Positions 19,820 through 29,761 are shown, counted from the first letter of the stretch. The stretch: DNA of 64,000 nt from Reichenbachiella sp. (GCF_965233835.1 NZ_OZ247585.1:4377342-4441341); one strand, 5' to 3'. Notes: generated by a model not told the origin, from the sequence alone. Translations and numbers: made by a program.

Positions 19820-22500
19820 TGAATCCTCAACCGCCCAAATGGGCTGATCGGTTCCTAGCCTGGTTTTGTCATCCAGATTTACTCGAAGATTTGCAGGGTG
19901 ACCTCTATGAGATTTTCGAACAGAAACTACTTCAGGGTCAGAAGAGAAAAGCTCAATATCTCTACATCTGGCTGGTACTACGCTCCTTTCGTTGGTCAGC
20001 CTTAAAAGAAAATCAAAAACTCAAAAACTCATTTTTTACCATGACAAAAAACAACATAAAAATCGCCATCAGGGTGCTTTGGAGAGACAAATTCAATAGT
20101 GCCATCAATTTGCTGGGTCTTACCCTTGGCATTACTTGTTTTCTACTTCTAGGGCTCTATGTCAAGCAAGAAGTTACTTACGACCACTTTCACAGCAAAA
20201 AGGATCGCATCTATCGCAGCTGGGTTAAAGAGGATTATGGAGATGGGCGGGAGTTTTTCAATTCACACACACCACTACTCTTTGAAGCATTGTTTGAAGA
20301 TAACTTTCCTGAAGTCGAAAGGTCCGTTCAGTACATTGAACATGACTTTTTGGTCGGACGCAATGAAAATCGAATTGATGAAATCATTGCGTTGGTAAGC
20401 CCTGACTTCTTAGAAGTCTTCGATGTTCCTCTGATTTATGGAGATAAATCTACTTTTCTACCTTCTAGAGAGCACATTGTTATTTCACGAAGTTATGCCG
20501 AGAAGTATTTTGGGTTGGAGAACCCAATGGGCAAGACGATAGCTGTTGAAGTGGACACCTTAATTCATGACTTGACTGTCTCAGCAGTATTTGAAGATTT
20601 TCCCGTCGAGTCTAGTATCCGCTTTGATATGGCAATCTCTGCCGAAAATGGTCGTCGGATTTACCGAGATCGACTATATACTTCATGGTTTAATATAATA
20701 CCAGAGACCTATGTTCTTCTCAAAGAAGGCACATCTATTTCGTCTATGGAAAGTAAAACACAAGACGTAGTCTTGAGCCAAGGGGTAACCTACGGAGATG
20801 AGCCACTGGAAAAAGATCAATACCAAATCGGATTTCAACCTTTGACGGATATTCATTTGAATCCAGACATTCCATTAGGTACTGCGCCAGTAGGCAATCC
20901 TCAATATGTAATCATCCTTGGTGCTATTGGCTTCCTAGTATTAATCATGGCCTGTGTCAATTACACTACCCTGTCAGCAGGCCAATCTTTAAAAAGGTCA
21001 AAAGAAGTTGGAATGCGAAAAGTACTTGGTGCTTCTAAACGTACTTTGATCTATCAATATTTAAGTGAAAGCTTGGTGTTGGCCGTAGTAGCTATGACGA
21101 TCGGTACAGTAATTACATTTTTCTTAATCCCAACATTCAATGCCCTGACGGGCACAGAGATTTTCTTTCAATTCGAATGGTGGCACACGGGAATTTATTT
21201 GGCCATTGGGCTTGCCATAGGACTACTCGCTGGCGCCTACCCAGCACTCATTATTACTGCCTTTAAAACCATTAATATTATCAATGGAAGTAATCAGTCC
21301 ACTGGAAAACTCGCCGCGCGAAAAGGACTCGTCATTTTACAGTTCTTGGTGACAGTTTTTCTAATTAGCACAGTTCTAATCATGCGCCAACAAATCAATT
21401 TCCTGATGGACAAAGATCTTGGCTACGATTATAAAGCTGTAATCTCTTCTGAATTGCCCATAGACCCCAACGGCCGTGGAATCCGTGATGCACTCAAATC
21501 GGGTCTGGACAACGGGGAGTTGCTAAAAGCAAAACTTGAAAAGCATCCCAAAATATCAAAAATAGCCATTGGCAACCACCTTTTCGGCTCCAATGGCTGG
21601 ACGCATGTAGCATTTAATGATGATAATGATGACTTCAAATGGTTCCGTTTGTTGGTAGTCAATGCTGAATATTTGAGTGCATTCAACATTGAACCGATAC
21701 AAGGTAGAAATTTTGAAGTAGGCAATGGGTTAGACAAAAGGCAGTCGGTAATCATCAATCAAAGTGCAGCCAAATATTTTGGTTTAGAAAACCCCGTTGG
21801 AGGAAAATTGCCTGGCCCTGAATTTGGTGAGCATCAAATCGTTGGGGTTGTAAAAGATTTTCACTATTCCTCTCTACATACTGAAGTAGAGCCTTTAGTA
21901 ATCGTCCAAAACATTATGCCAATATTCGCTGGTGTTACGGATGCGGATGTGAAGGATTCATACTCACCTAAAATTGTATTTACCTATAGCGGAAATAATT
22001 TACACGATGCCATCGAGATTTTGGAAAATGAATGGGAGACCACATTTCCATCCGAAGCACCAAACTTCGAATTCATAGATGATCGCATCAGCAGACAGTA
22101 CGAAAGCGAAGCACGTCTAAATAAGCTTATCGTGATTGCCACAATCCTCTCCATACTTATTGCCGGCCTTGGCCTGTTTGGATTGATTATGCTGGTCGCC
22201 AATAGTAAAATCAAAGAGATCGGCATTCGAAAAGTCATGGGGGCTTCTCCACTTTCGATATTTCAGCTACTCATCAAGGGATTTGTTATTCAGCTAATAC
22301 TCGCGATTGTATTGTCTGTACCTTTAACTCTCTACCTAATCAATCAATGGCTGGAAAATTTTGCTTATCGAGTAGATATCGGCAGTTTGCCATTTGTTCT
22401 TAGCGGGCTTGCGACGCTTCTCATTGCTGTGGCCGTGGTGGTGTATCATACCATTCAAGCCACGCGAATCAATCCCATTGAGTCCTTGAGAGTAGAGTAA
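19819..22500 (+). CDS. Duplicated orphan ABC permease (ADOP/MacB-like, with permease prefix domain)
   Basis: PPKWADRFLAWFCHPDLLEDLQGDL prefix; two MacB/FtsX halves, KRSKEVGMRKVLGA and KIKEIGIRKVMGA. Confidence 0.9.
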   Translation: MNPQPPKWADRFLAWFCHPDLLEDLQGDLYEIFEQKLLQGQKRKAQYLYIWLVLRSFRWSALKENQKLKNSFFTMTKNNIKIAIRVLWRDKFNSAINLLGLTLGITCFLLLGLYVKQEVTYDHFHSKKDRIYRSWVKEDYGDGREFFNSHTPLLFEALFEDNFPEVERSVQYIEHDFLVGRNENRIDEIIALVSPDFLEVFDVPLIYGDKSTFLPSREHIVISRSYAEKYFGLENPMGKTIAVEVDTLIHDLTVSAVFEDFPVESSIRFDMAISAENGRRIYRDRLYTSWFNIIPETYVLLKEGTSISSMESKTQDVVLSQGVTYGDEPLEKDQYQIGFQPLTDIHLNPDIPLGTAPVGNPQYVIILGAIGFLVLIMACVNYTTLSAGQSLKRSKEVGMRKVLGASKRTLIYQYLSESLVLAVVAMTIGTVITFFLIPTFNALTGTEIFFQFEWWHTGIYLAIGLAIGLLAGAYPALIITAFKTINIINGSNQSTGKLAARKGLVILQFLVTVFLISTVLIMRQQINFLMDKDLGYDYKAVISSELPIDPNGRGIRDALKSGLDNGELLKAKLEKHPKISKIAIGNHLFGSNGWTHVAFNDDNDDFKWFRLLVVNAEYLSAFNIEPIQGRNFEVGNGLDKRQSVIINQSAAKYFGLENPVGGKLPGPEFGEHQIVGVVKDFHYSSLHTEVEPLVIVQNIMPIFAGVTDADVKDSYSPKIVFTYSGNNLHDAIEILENEWETTFPSEAPNFEFIDDRISRQYESEARLNKLIVIATILSILIAGLGLFGLIMLVANSKIKEIGIRKVMGASPLSIFQLLIKGFVIQLILAIVLSVPLTLYLINQWLENFAYRVDIGSLPFVLSGLATLLIAVAVVVYHTIQATRINPIESLRVE

Positions 22501-22516
22501 AGTAGAATAAAACAAG

Positions 22517-22560
22517 AAAGTCAGCCTTTGGTAAATAATTCCACCAACGGGCTGACTTTT
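22517..22560. terminator. Hairpin between convergent genes
   Basis: AAAGTCAGCC...GGCTGACTTT inverted repeat. Confidence 0.6.
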
Positions 22561-22580
22561 CTATAACCTCAAATTGTGTC

Positions 22581-22919
22581 TTATTGCACTACCACTTTAT
22601 ACATACTTTCCAAATCACCCTGTTTATGATGAATCATGTATATTCCTTTTTTCCAATTCCCAACAAATATGGAAAGCTCAGTGAAGGTCTCATTGACCTG
22701 ATAAACGTTGCGCCCGGAAAGGTCCATGATTTCCAGCCGTGATGCTTGTCCATCAAACTGGATTCGCTTAATATTCAAATACTCAACCGCTGGGTTAGGG
22801 AAAATTTCAATCGTACTCGTAAGGCCTAAGTCTTCTTCCAATTCTAATTGATTTTGTCCCCAGCTGTTGTTTAAACAAGTGATTAATCCAAAAAATAAAA
22901 CTATCGTTAACCTTTTCAT
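22581..22919 (-). CDS. T9SS type-A C-terminal-domain protein with almost no passenger domain (112 aa)
   Basis: Start reassigned to MKRLTIVLFF. Sec signal, about 15-aa linker, then IFPNPAVEYLNI...IMDLSGR...KGIYMI...KVVVQ. Confidence 0.85.
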   Translation of the reverse strand: MKRLTIVLFFGLITCLNNSWGQNQLELEEDLGLTSTIEIFPNPAVEYLNIKRIQFDGQASRLEIMDLSGRNVYQVNETFTELSIFVGNWKKGIYMIHHKQGDLESMYKVVVQ

Positions 22920-22946
22920 CCTATCATTTTCCTTTCTGATAAATAC

Positions 22947-22972
22947 AACGAGATCGTCTTCACTCTCCCTAC
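22947..22972 (-). promoter_or_regulatory. ECF-type promoter of the CTD-only gene
   Basis: Minus strand GTAGGG-N16-CGTT, same geometry as the promoter at 23601. Confidence 0.7.
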
Positions 22973-23009
22973 TTGATTTCAATTGAACCAAAGATTGTTC
23001 CAATTTTTT

Positions 23010-23050
23010 TCAAGGTGATTGTTTCGTCTATCTCAAGGTGATTATATTTG
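23010..23050 (+). promoter_or_regulatory. 11-bp direct repeat plus TAnnTTTG promoter upstream of the ECF sigma gene
   Basis: TCAAGGTGATT at 23010-23020 and 23033-23043 (12-bp spacer), abutting TATATTTG at 23043-23050. Confidence 0.6.
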
Positions 23051-23072
23051 GAATTCAATACCCTAAAGAACT

Positions 23073-23600
23073 ATGGATCAACCCTCTGTTTGCGAAGAAC
23101 AGTCCTTTACTCGCTTGCATCAATCCCATGCTACCGCTCTTCAGAATTTTTTATTCTATCGATTTGGCAGTTTGGAAAAAGCAAAAGATTGTGCACAAGA
23201 AGCCTTCGTCAGACTTTGGAACAACTGTAGTAAAGTAGCGTTTGACAAAGCGAAGAGCTTTCTGTTCACTACAGCTAACCGTATCTTTTTAGATGATGCG
23301 GCTCATCAAAAAGTAGTACTGAAGTTTGAAAAAAGAAGTGACACTGCAGAGGCTCAATCAGAAACCAACCCTGAATTTCTATACCAGATTGATGAATTCA
23401 AAGAACAGTTAGAGTCTGTTGTCTCAAACCTCCCAGAAAAACAGAGAGTAGTCTTTTTGATGAGTAGAATAGACAAAATGAAAAATCAGGAGATCGCAGA
23501 TACCTTGGAAATTTCGGTAAAAACAGTAGAAAAACATATCACATCGTCTTTAAAATCAATTCGAGCCAATCTAGACGAACTAAATCATTTTTCAATTTAG
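23073..23600 (+). CDS. ECF RNA polymerase sigma-70 factor (FecI-like)
   Basis: AKDCAQEAFVRLW, SFLFTTANRIFLD, LPEKQRVVFLMSR, EIADTLEISVKTVEKHI. Confidence 0.93.
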   Translation: MDQPSVCEEQSFTRLHQSHATALQNFLFYRFGSLEKAKDCAQEAFVRLWNNCSKVAFDKAKSFLFTTANRIFLDDAAHQKVVLKFEKRSDTAEAQSETNPEFLYQIDEFKEQLESVVSNLPEKQRVVFLMSRIDKMKNQEIADTLEISVKTVEKHITSSLKSIRANLDELNHFSI

Positions 23601-23626
23601 GTAGGGTTTCCAAAACGTTAGCCGTC
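23601..23626 (+). promoter_or_regulatory. ECF-type promoter of the fecR-TBDR operon
   Basis: GTAGGG-N16-CGTC immediately after the sigma stop codon and 25 nt before the FecR ATG. Confidence 0.7.
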
Positions 23627-23651
23627 ATAACATCAGACAAACGAAAAAGTC

Positions 23652-24572
23652 ATGGAAAATAATCACAAAGACAAAGATGCAATTCTCGCCCAATGGCTGA
23701 ATGGAGACATCTCAGCAGATGAAGCTGAAAAGCATTTGTCTCGTGATGAATTCATGAAGTATCAACAAATATTAGATGAAGTAGACACCTGGACACCGAG
23801 TTTAGAAGCATCTACTATCAACCTGAACGAAATTTTAAATTCAAAGAAAGAGGCCAAGGTCGTAAAAATGACTACTTGGAAATATGCTTCTATAGCGGCA
23901 GCCATAGTCTTAGCTGTTTTCCTTGGCCCTAGACTCTATGAGTCAATAACAACCGTTACTTATGAAACGGCTTATGGAGAAACACAGACCATAGATTTAC
24001 CAGATGGCAGCTCAACACTTTATTTAAGTGCCAATTCCAAAGTGAAATGGAAAAAAGGAGATTGGAAAAGCGGCAAAAGAATATTGAACCTGGAAGGAAA
24101 AGCCTACATCGAAGTGCCAGAAAAAGGGAGCTTCGACGTTATTACATCTGAAGGAACGGTCTCAGTCCTTGGTACCCGATTTACCGTCTATCAAATGGAG
24201 CAAGCGCTACATGCAGTATGCTATGAAGGTCGTGTAAAAGCTACAGCTCCAAAGGGCGAATCTGTAGAGCTCTCCAAAGGAGAATCTAGCTTGTTTTTCG
24301 AAGGATTATGGAGTGCCAAAAGGTTCTTTGATGCAGCCTATCCGGAATGGATTCAGGGGCATTTAGCCTTTGACAATGCACCGCTCAAGCAAGTATTAGA
24401 TGAACTATCATCCAACTATGGCATCAAGGTTGACATTGGAGGAATTAATCTGGCCCGACGATTTACAGGATCTATCCCTAAGGATAATCTTGATCAATCC
24501 CTGAAAATTATCTTCCCAACCTTGGGCATCTCTTATCGATTGGACGACAATACCCTATATTTGTCCGAGTAA
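23652..24572 (+). CDS. FecR-family anti-sigma factor
   Basis: Single TM (WKYASIAAAIVL), LPDGS.LYLSANS, LEGKAYIEV, VSVLGTRF, L.FDNAPLKQVLDEL. Confidence 0.92.
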   Translation: MENNHKDKDAILAQWLNGDISADEAEKHLSRDEFMKYQQILDEVDTWTPSLEASTINLNEILNSKKEAKVVKMTTWKYASIAAAIVLAVFLGPRLYESITTVTYETAYGETQTIDLPDGSSTLYLSANSKVKWKKGDWKSGKRILNLEGKAYIEVPEKGSFDVITSEGTVSVLGTRFTVYQMEQALHAVCYEGRVKATAPKGESVELSKGESSLFFEGLWSAKRFFDAAYPEWIQGHLAFDNAPLKQVLDELSSNYGIKVDIGGINLARRFTGSIPKDNLDQSLKIIFPTLGISYRLDDNTLYLSE

Positions 24573-24582
24573 GAGAGAAAAG

Positions 24583-27132
24583 TTGAAAATGCGATATTTA
24601 TTGATCACACTTTTGGTGTGCGCTGGGATGAGTCTATTATATGCGCAACAAAAAGCGCCATTTCTGGAATCCATCAAACATTATGAGTCCACATTGGACG
24701 CAAAATTCTCCTACGATCCAGTCATTTTTTCTGAAATTGATCAAGATTTTGACACCAACCAGAGCTTTCCTGAGTTTACCTCTTTGGCTGAATCTCAGCT
24801 ACCCATCAAGATTCAAAAAGTAGGTGAAAGTTATTATACCATATCATTGACAGAAAGCACATATGCCTTGTCGCTGTCAGATTCATTGGCCTCTAAAGCC
24901 ATAGAACCTCCATTTTTCTTTCTAATCAATTCCGTTCCGGTAGATATAAAGCTTAGTGACGAAAAGGCCACTTTCCGATATAAACCCAGCATGAAAGACA
25001 CGTTGATTGTCTATGTACCCGGTTTTGAAAAAAAGGTAATTCCTGTTTGTCAATTGTTGAACTCAAAAACTCTCGACATACCACTAATGACACAAACTTA
25101 CCTGTTGAGTGATGTGGTAGTAGAAGACTACGTTACCAAAGGTATCAATCTGGATCCGGCTAATCAGAAAATTTCGATTGACGTCAAGGATCTTCCCTTA
25201 TTGCCCGGAGAAACCGATGGCGACATCTTTGCTTCATTGGCTGCCCTTCCAGGGATCACTACACCAGATGGGCGCCCTGGAAATCTATTCATCAGAGGAA
25301 CTTCTCCTGATCAATCGCTCATTCTTTTTGACAATATCCCGATGTACCACCGCGGTCATTATTTTGGAACTATTTCCCCTTACAACCCAAAAACGGTCAA
25401 TAATGTAGAAGTTTTTAGAAGTGGATATCATCCTAGAATGGGCGGAAGAGTCGGTGGTGCTGTTTTTATTAACTCAGAACAAGAGATAAACAATGATTCA
25501 CAATATGGTATTGGTGCGAATACTCTTTATGCCATGGCCTATGCCAAAACACCATTAGCTAACAATAAGATTGGGTTAGTTGTGGGTGCTAGGCATTCAT
25601 ACCCTTCAAGTATCAGATCACCAAAGCTTGACGCAATTACCGAATCAGTTTTCGCCGCTACTGGAATATCCGATGATCAAGGAAACATTGGAACCGACGT
25701 GCGAGTTAAATTCCAGGATTACCATGCCAAGGTTATATTAAAACCCAATGAAAAGCATAAGGTCACGATATCTGGAATATATAGCGACTCTGACCTAAGA
25801 TATGAGTTAATTGATGCGCCTCCGGGAATTGATGAACATATAGATTTTGAAAACTATGGAGTAAATACTGTATGGAGCTTTAAGATTGATCAGAAATGGA
25901 CAGGGTCCTTAATAAACACGCTGGGTCAATATACTTATTCTACAGAATCACCCGTGCCCATGGGCGAGCAAAAAACAGAAAACACTATTCAAGATTACAA
26001 TGCACGATTGGAGTTATCTCAAACGAACCATCAATCTCATCAACTTCAATTAGGTGTGGACTACCAACTACAGTCATCCGCACTAGACTATAGCAATATC
26101 ACTAGTCAAATAACTAGTGGAAATATGGAATCTGTTGTTCGAAATGAGTCAGTTGATGCTCACACTATTTCCCCTTTTGCAAACATGCATTGGTTTGGCA
26201 AACAAATAAATCTTCAGCTGGGCTTGAGAGGTAGTTTTTATAGCCCAACCCAAACTTTTTATTTATCACCTAGAGTTTCAGCCAATTACTCAGTAAATCA
26301 ATCGTTTGACTTAAAGGCCTCAGCTGGACGTTATCATCAGTTTCTCAGTCAAGTCCGAAATTTACAAATAGGTACTGGAGGATTTGATAATGCGCTTTGG
26401 CAATTAGCTTCTCAGGACCAAGGAAGCGTAATTTCTGGTTCTCAATTCATGACTGGCTTCATGTTAAACAAAAACCGATGGCTATTAGATGTGGAAGCCT
26501 TTTATAAAGTGGCTAATAACATCACCTACTATGAAAGTCTATTCTTTGACAATACCAGCGACTTTTTTACGGCTGACAATGTGCTTTATGGCATTGATAC
26601 CTATCTCCGAAAGGAAATTACCTCGTCCACTTCTGCTTGGTTAGGTTATTCTTACGGAGGGTCTAAAATTACGTTGGACACTACCAATCAAACCACCTAC
26701 AAATCAAAATACGTTCAACCGCATGTCTTTTATATCGGCAGCGCCTACCAAAAAAACCGATGGAAGTTCTCAGGGGTTTGGAAATACGGTTCAGGACTAA
26801 ATGGCCAATCCCTGGAAATTGCCTATGTACGAGGAATATATGAACGAGCACAAGACAATCGCCCTCCTGGATCCCCAAGAGCCCCAGATCCATTTGCCGA
26901 CCAACCAGAGCGCTATCCTAATGTACACTCTTTGGATTTATCGGTTTCTTACAAAATACCCCAAACTGAGCAACGCCCATGGTCTGTTTCATTCGGGTTG
27001 TCTGTCATAAATGTATATGATCAGGAAAATCTAATCGATCGAGCATTTCGAGGAAACCCTCCTCCTCCGCGATGGATCGACAGAAATGCCCTAGGGTTTG
27101 CTCCAAACCTGATGATTATGTTTGAGTGGTAA
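24583..27132 (+). CDS. TonB-dependent outer-membrane receptor/transducer
   Basis: Signal peptide, STN-like N-terminal region, plug (GETDGDIFASLAALPGI, LFIRGTSPDQSLILFDNIP), beta-barrel ending in an aromatic residue (MFEW). Start may be ATG 24589. Confidence 0.9.
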   Translation: MKMRYLLITLLVCAGMSLLYAQQKAPFLESIKHYESTLDAKFSYDPVIFSEIDQDFDTNQSFPEFTSLAESQLPIKIQKVGESYYTISLTESTYALSLSDSLASKAIEPPFFFLINSVPVDIKLSDEKATFRYKPSMKDTLIVYVPGFEKKVIPVCQLLNSKTLDIPLMTQTYLLSDVVVEDYVTKGINLDPANQKISIDVKDLPLLPGETDGDIFASLAALPGITTPDGRPGNLFIRGTSPDQSLILFDNIPMYHRGHYFGTISPYNPKTVNNVEVFRSGYHPRMGGRVGGAVFINSEQEINNDSQYGIGANTLYAMAYAKTPLANNKIGLVVGARHSYPSSIRSPKLDAITESVFAATGISDDQGNIGTDVRVKFQDYHAKVILKPNEKHKVTISGIYSDSDLRYELIDAPPGIDEHIDFENYGVNTVWSFKIDQKWTGSLINTLGQYTYSTESPVPMGEQKTENTIQDYNARLELSQTNHQSHQLQLGVDYQLQSSALDYSNITSQITSGNMESVVRNESVDAHTISPFANMHWFGKQINLQLGLRGSFYSPTQTFYLSPRVSANYSVNQSFDLKASAGRYHQFLSQVRNLQIGTGGFDNALWQLASQDQGSVISGSQFMTGFMLNKNRWLLDVEAFYKVANNITYYESLFFDNTSDFFTADNVLYGIDTYLRKEITSSTSAWLGYSYGGSKITLDTTNQTTYKSKYVQPHVFYIGSAYQKNRWKFSGVWKYGSGLNGQSLEIAYVRGIYERAQDNRPPGSPRAPDPFADQPERYPNVHSLDLSVSYKIPQTEQRPWSVSFGLSVINVYDQENLIDRAFRGNPPPPRWIDRNALGFAPNLMIMFEW

Positions 27133-27212
27133 TTATTTACAAATAACTCCATCATAGCTTTGAAAGAATTAAGGAAAGCACTTAACTTGATTCTTTCTAA
27201 AATGGAGCCTTC

Positions 27213-29027
27213 ATGTTTAAAAAGCTAGCCAAGCAATCATTCTTTTTGTTTACAACAATTTTTGCTTTATGGACTTCACCTTACCAAACCAATGGACAGA
27301 ATAGAATAGACAGTCTGAAACAACAACTCAGTCTACAATCGTCTGATAATCTGAAAATCAGTTTACATGTACAACTTGGTCAGGAGCAAAGGCTCATTGG
27401 CCAGCACGACTCCAGCCTTATACATTTTCAACACGCACTTGATTATTATCGGTCCAATGATAGTAAAAAGAAGGAAGCCGATCTTATCGTCGAGATCGGA
27501 GAAACGTATAGAAACAATGATGTTCCAGATCGAGCCATGGACTTTTTTCTACAAGGAATCAAAATTTATGAGCCGCTACAGGATTATGCTGGAATTGCAA
27601 CAACCTACAATAAAATGGCCGACCTTGTTATGCGCCAAAATGATTACCCACGGGCAAAAATATATTCAAATACAGTAAAGGAAATTTTAGCACTTTCGCC
27701 CTATTTTCCTGCCAGAGCACATTGGTATATGAATAGAGGTAGAATATTCAATAGCGACATGCAGTTTGACAGTGCGATTCACTATCATCAACTCGCCATT
27801 GACCTGTTTGACTCTCTTCACATGTATCACGACAAGGGGAGAGCACTTCACAATAGGGCCAACTCCCTGCGAGAATTGGGAAGGTTTGACGAAGCTATGG
27901 AGCTATGCCAACAAGCGCTTGATATTCCTGAACTTAGTGCCAATATCAAAAGTCAAATATTCACCATTCTCTTAATTGCCAACATATATCAAGACACCAA
28001 TCAACTAGAAAAAGCCGTTGAATATTCCTTAAAAGGACTCGAACTGGCCACCAAACACAACTTTATGGATCGCAAGCGTGTAGCGCTGCTATACCTTTCT
28101 CAGACTTATGAAAGAGCCCGGTCATACGATTCAGCCTACTTTTATCACAAGCGGTATGCTAATATGATTGAATCCATTTTTGACAAGGAAAAATACGAGC
28201 AGGTTAATCGTTTAAACACGCTATATGAAACAGAAAAGAAAGAGCAAACCATCGCTATCCAGCGAGCCAACCTTGCACTACAAGAAAACCGACAAAATCA
28301 GCTCTATTATGGCATAGGTTTTTCTATTTTAATAGGAGCCATTCTATCAATTGCTTACGTGCAAAAGACCCGTACCAACAAGCTCTTGAGCCAACAAAAA
28401 TTGGAGATAGAAAAACAGAACAGTGAACGAGAAGTACTGTTGAAAGAAATTCACCACCGAGTCAAAAACAACCTTCAGGTTATTTCAAGTCTACTGAGTA
28501 TGCAATCCAGAAAGATGAAAGACAGTGATGCTAAAGTAGCTGTAAAAGAAGGGCAGAGTCGTATCAAATCCATGTCTCTCATTCATCAAAAGTTGTATAG
28601 CGAAGGCAACCTTTCAAGGATTAATATGAAGGAGTACATTGATGACCTAAGTGGCTTCTTATTCAAAAGTTACAAGACTGAAGCTCAAATTGAGCAATTG
28701 GTAGAAGCTGATAACGTTTCTCTAGATGTTGACACGGCAGTGCCACTCGGACTGATTATCAATGAACTAATTTCTAATGCCTTGAAATACGCCTTCGAAC
28801 CTGAAGAGCAAGGTCAGGTATCCATTAGACTACATAAAAAACAAAAGACTTATGAGCTTCAAGTAGCGGATACTGGTAAAGGTCTGCCCAAAGATTTTGA
28901 TAAAAAACAGAGCATGGGGATGCGTCTGGTTCATATTTTAGTTGACCAATTGGATGCAGATTTACAAATTGATCAATCAAAAGGTTTATTATTTACAATA
29001 ATTTTTACTGATAAAAGAGCTGCATAA
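27213..29027 (+). CDS. TPR-containing sensor histidine kinase (HisKA_2 type)
   Basis: Signal peptide, TPR helices, TM, LLKEIHHRVKNNLQVISSLL, NELISNALKYAF, DTGKG. Confidence 0.92.
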   Translation: MFKKLAKQSFFLFTTIFALWTSPYQTNGQNRIDSLKQQLSLQSSDNLKISLHVQLGQEQRLIGQHDSSLIHFQHALDYYRSNDSKKKEADLIVEIGETYRNNDVPDRAMDFFLQGIKIYEPLQDYAGIATTYNKMADLVMRQNDYPRAKIYSNTVKEILALSPYFPARAHWYMNRGRIFNSDMQFDSAIHYHQLAIDLFDSLHMYHDKGRALHNRANSLRELGRFDEAMELCQQALDIPELSANIKSQIFTILLIANIYQDTNQLEKAVEYSLKGLELATKHNFMDRKRVALLYLSQTYERARSYDSAYFYHKRYANMIESIFDKEKYEQVNRLNTLYETEKKEQTIAIQRANLALQENRQNQLYYGIGFSILIGAILSIAYVQKTRTNKLLSQQKLEIEKQNSEREVLLKEIHHRVKNNLQVISSLLSMQSRKMKDSDAKVAVKEGQSRIKSMSLIHQKLYSEGNLSRINMKEYIDDLSGFLFKSYKTEAQIEQLVEADNVSLDVDTAVPLGLIINELISNALKYAFEPEEQGQVSIRLHKKQKTYELQVADTGKGLPKDFDKKQSMGMRLVHILVDQLDADLQIDQSKGLLFTIIFTDKRAA

Positions 29028-29041
29028 TTTATTTTAACAAA

Positions 29042-29761
29042 ATGATTAGTGTACTCATAGTTGAAGATGAATTGATCATCGCCAATGATCTGCAAGACAT
29101 TCTGGAATCCAATGATTATCATGTCATTGGCATTGCCAAAAGTTATGACCTGGCTATCAAAAAGCTTTCAACAGAGCAGCCAGACATTGTACTCCTCGAC
29201 ATCCAAATTGATGGAACCAAGGATGGTATTGATTTAGCCAATACGATTAAAAATGAGTACGAACTACCATTTATTTTTATATCATCCCATACAGACCGAG
29301 CGACATTAGATCGTGCCAAAGAATGTAAACCATATGGTTTTTTGGTCAAACCTTTTGAAGATGATGATGTTCTTGTGGCTGTAGAAATGGCATTAAGCAA
29401 CTTCTCCAAAGAACAAAACAACAACGAAGACAATCAAGACTTCACCATCAATGAAAGCCTCTTCATTAGGCAAAAGAATACGGCCGTGAAGGTCGCCTAC
29501 GATGATATTCTGTACGCTAGCTCAGATGCCAACTACTGCACACTCTATACAGAAGACAAAAAGTTTGTCATGCGGTCAACGCTAAAAGAGTTGGAAAACA
29601 GGTTAGATGACAAAAGATTTTTTCGGTGCCACAAATCGCATTTAGTCAATCTGAATCACCTCTCATCTGTGAACAGTGAGTGCATTACAATTAAGAACGT
29701 CGAGCTCCCCATAGGACGTGACCAGCAAGCTTTACTCATGAGCCAGATTAATAAGATATAA
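29042..29761 (+). CDS. LytR/AlgR-family response regulator (REC + LytTR)
   Basis: VLIVEDE, PDIVLLDI, FLVKPF; LytTR domain with FFRCHKSHLVNL. Confidence 0.95.
   Translation: MISVLIVEDELIIANDLQDILESNDYHVIGIAKSYDLAIKKLSTEQPDIVLLDIQIDGTKDGIDLANTIKNEYELPFIFISSHTDRATLDRAKECKPYGFLVKPFEDDDVLVAVEMALSNFSKEQNNNEDNQDFTINESLFIRQKNTAVKVAYDDILYASSDANYCTLYTEDKKFVMRSTLKELENRLDDKRFFRCHKSHLVNLNHLSSVNSECITIKNVELPIGRDQQALLMSQINKI

Noticed and set aside
22920-23003. N-terminal extension of the CTD-only protein
   Set aside because: It precedes a clear signal peptide and contains the promoter elements, so it is non-coding.
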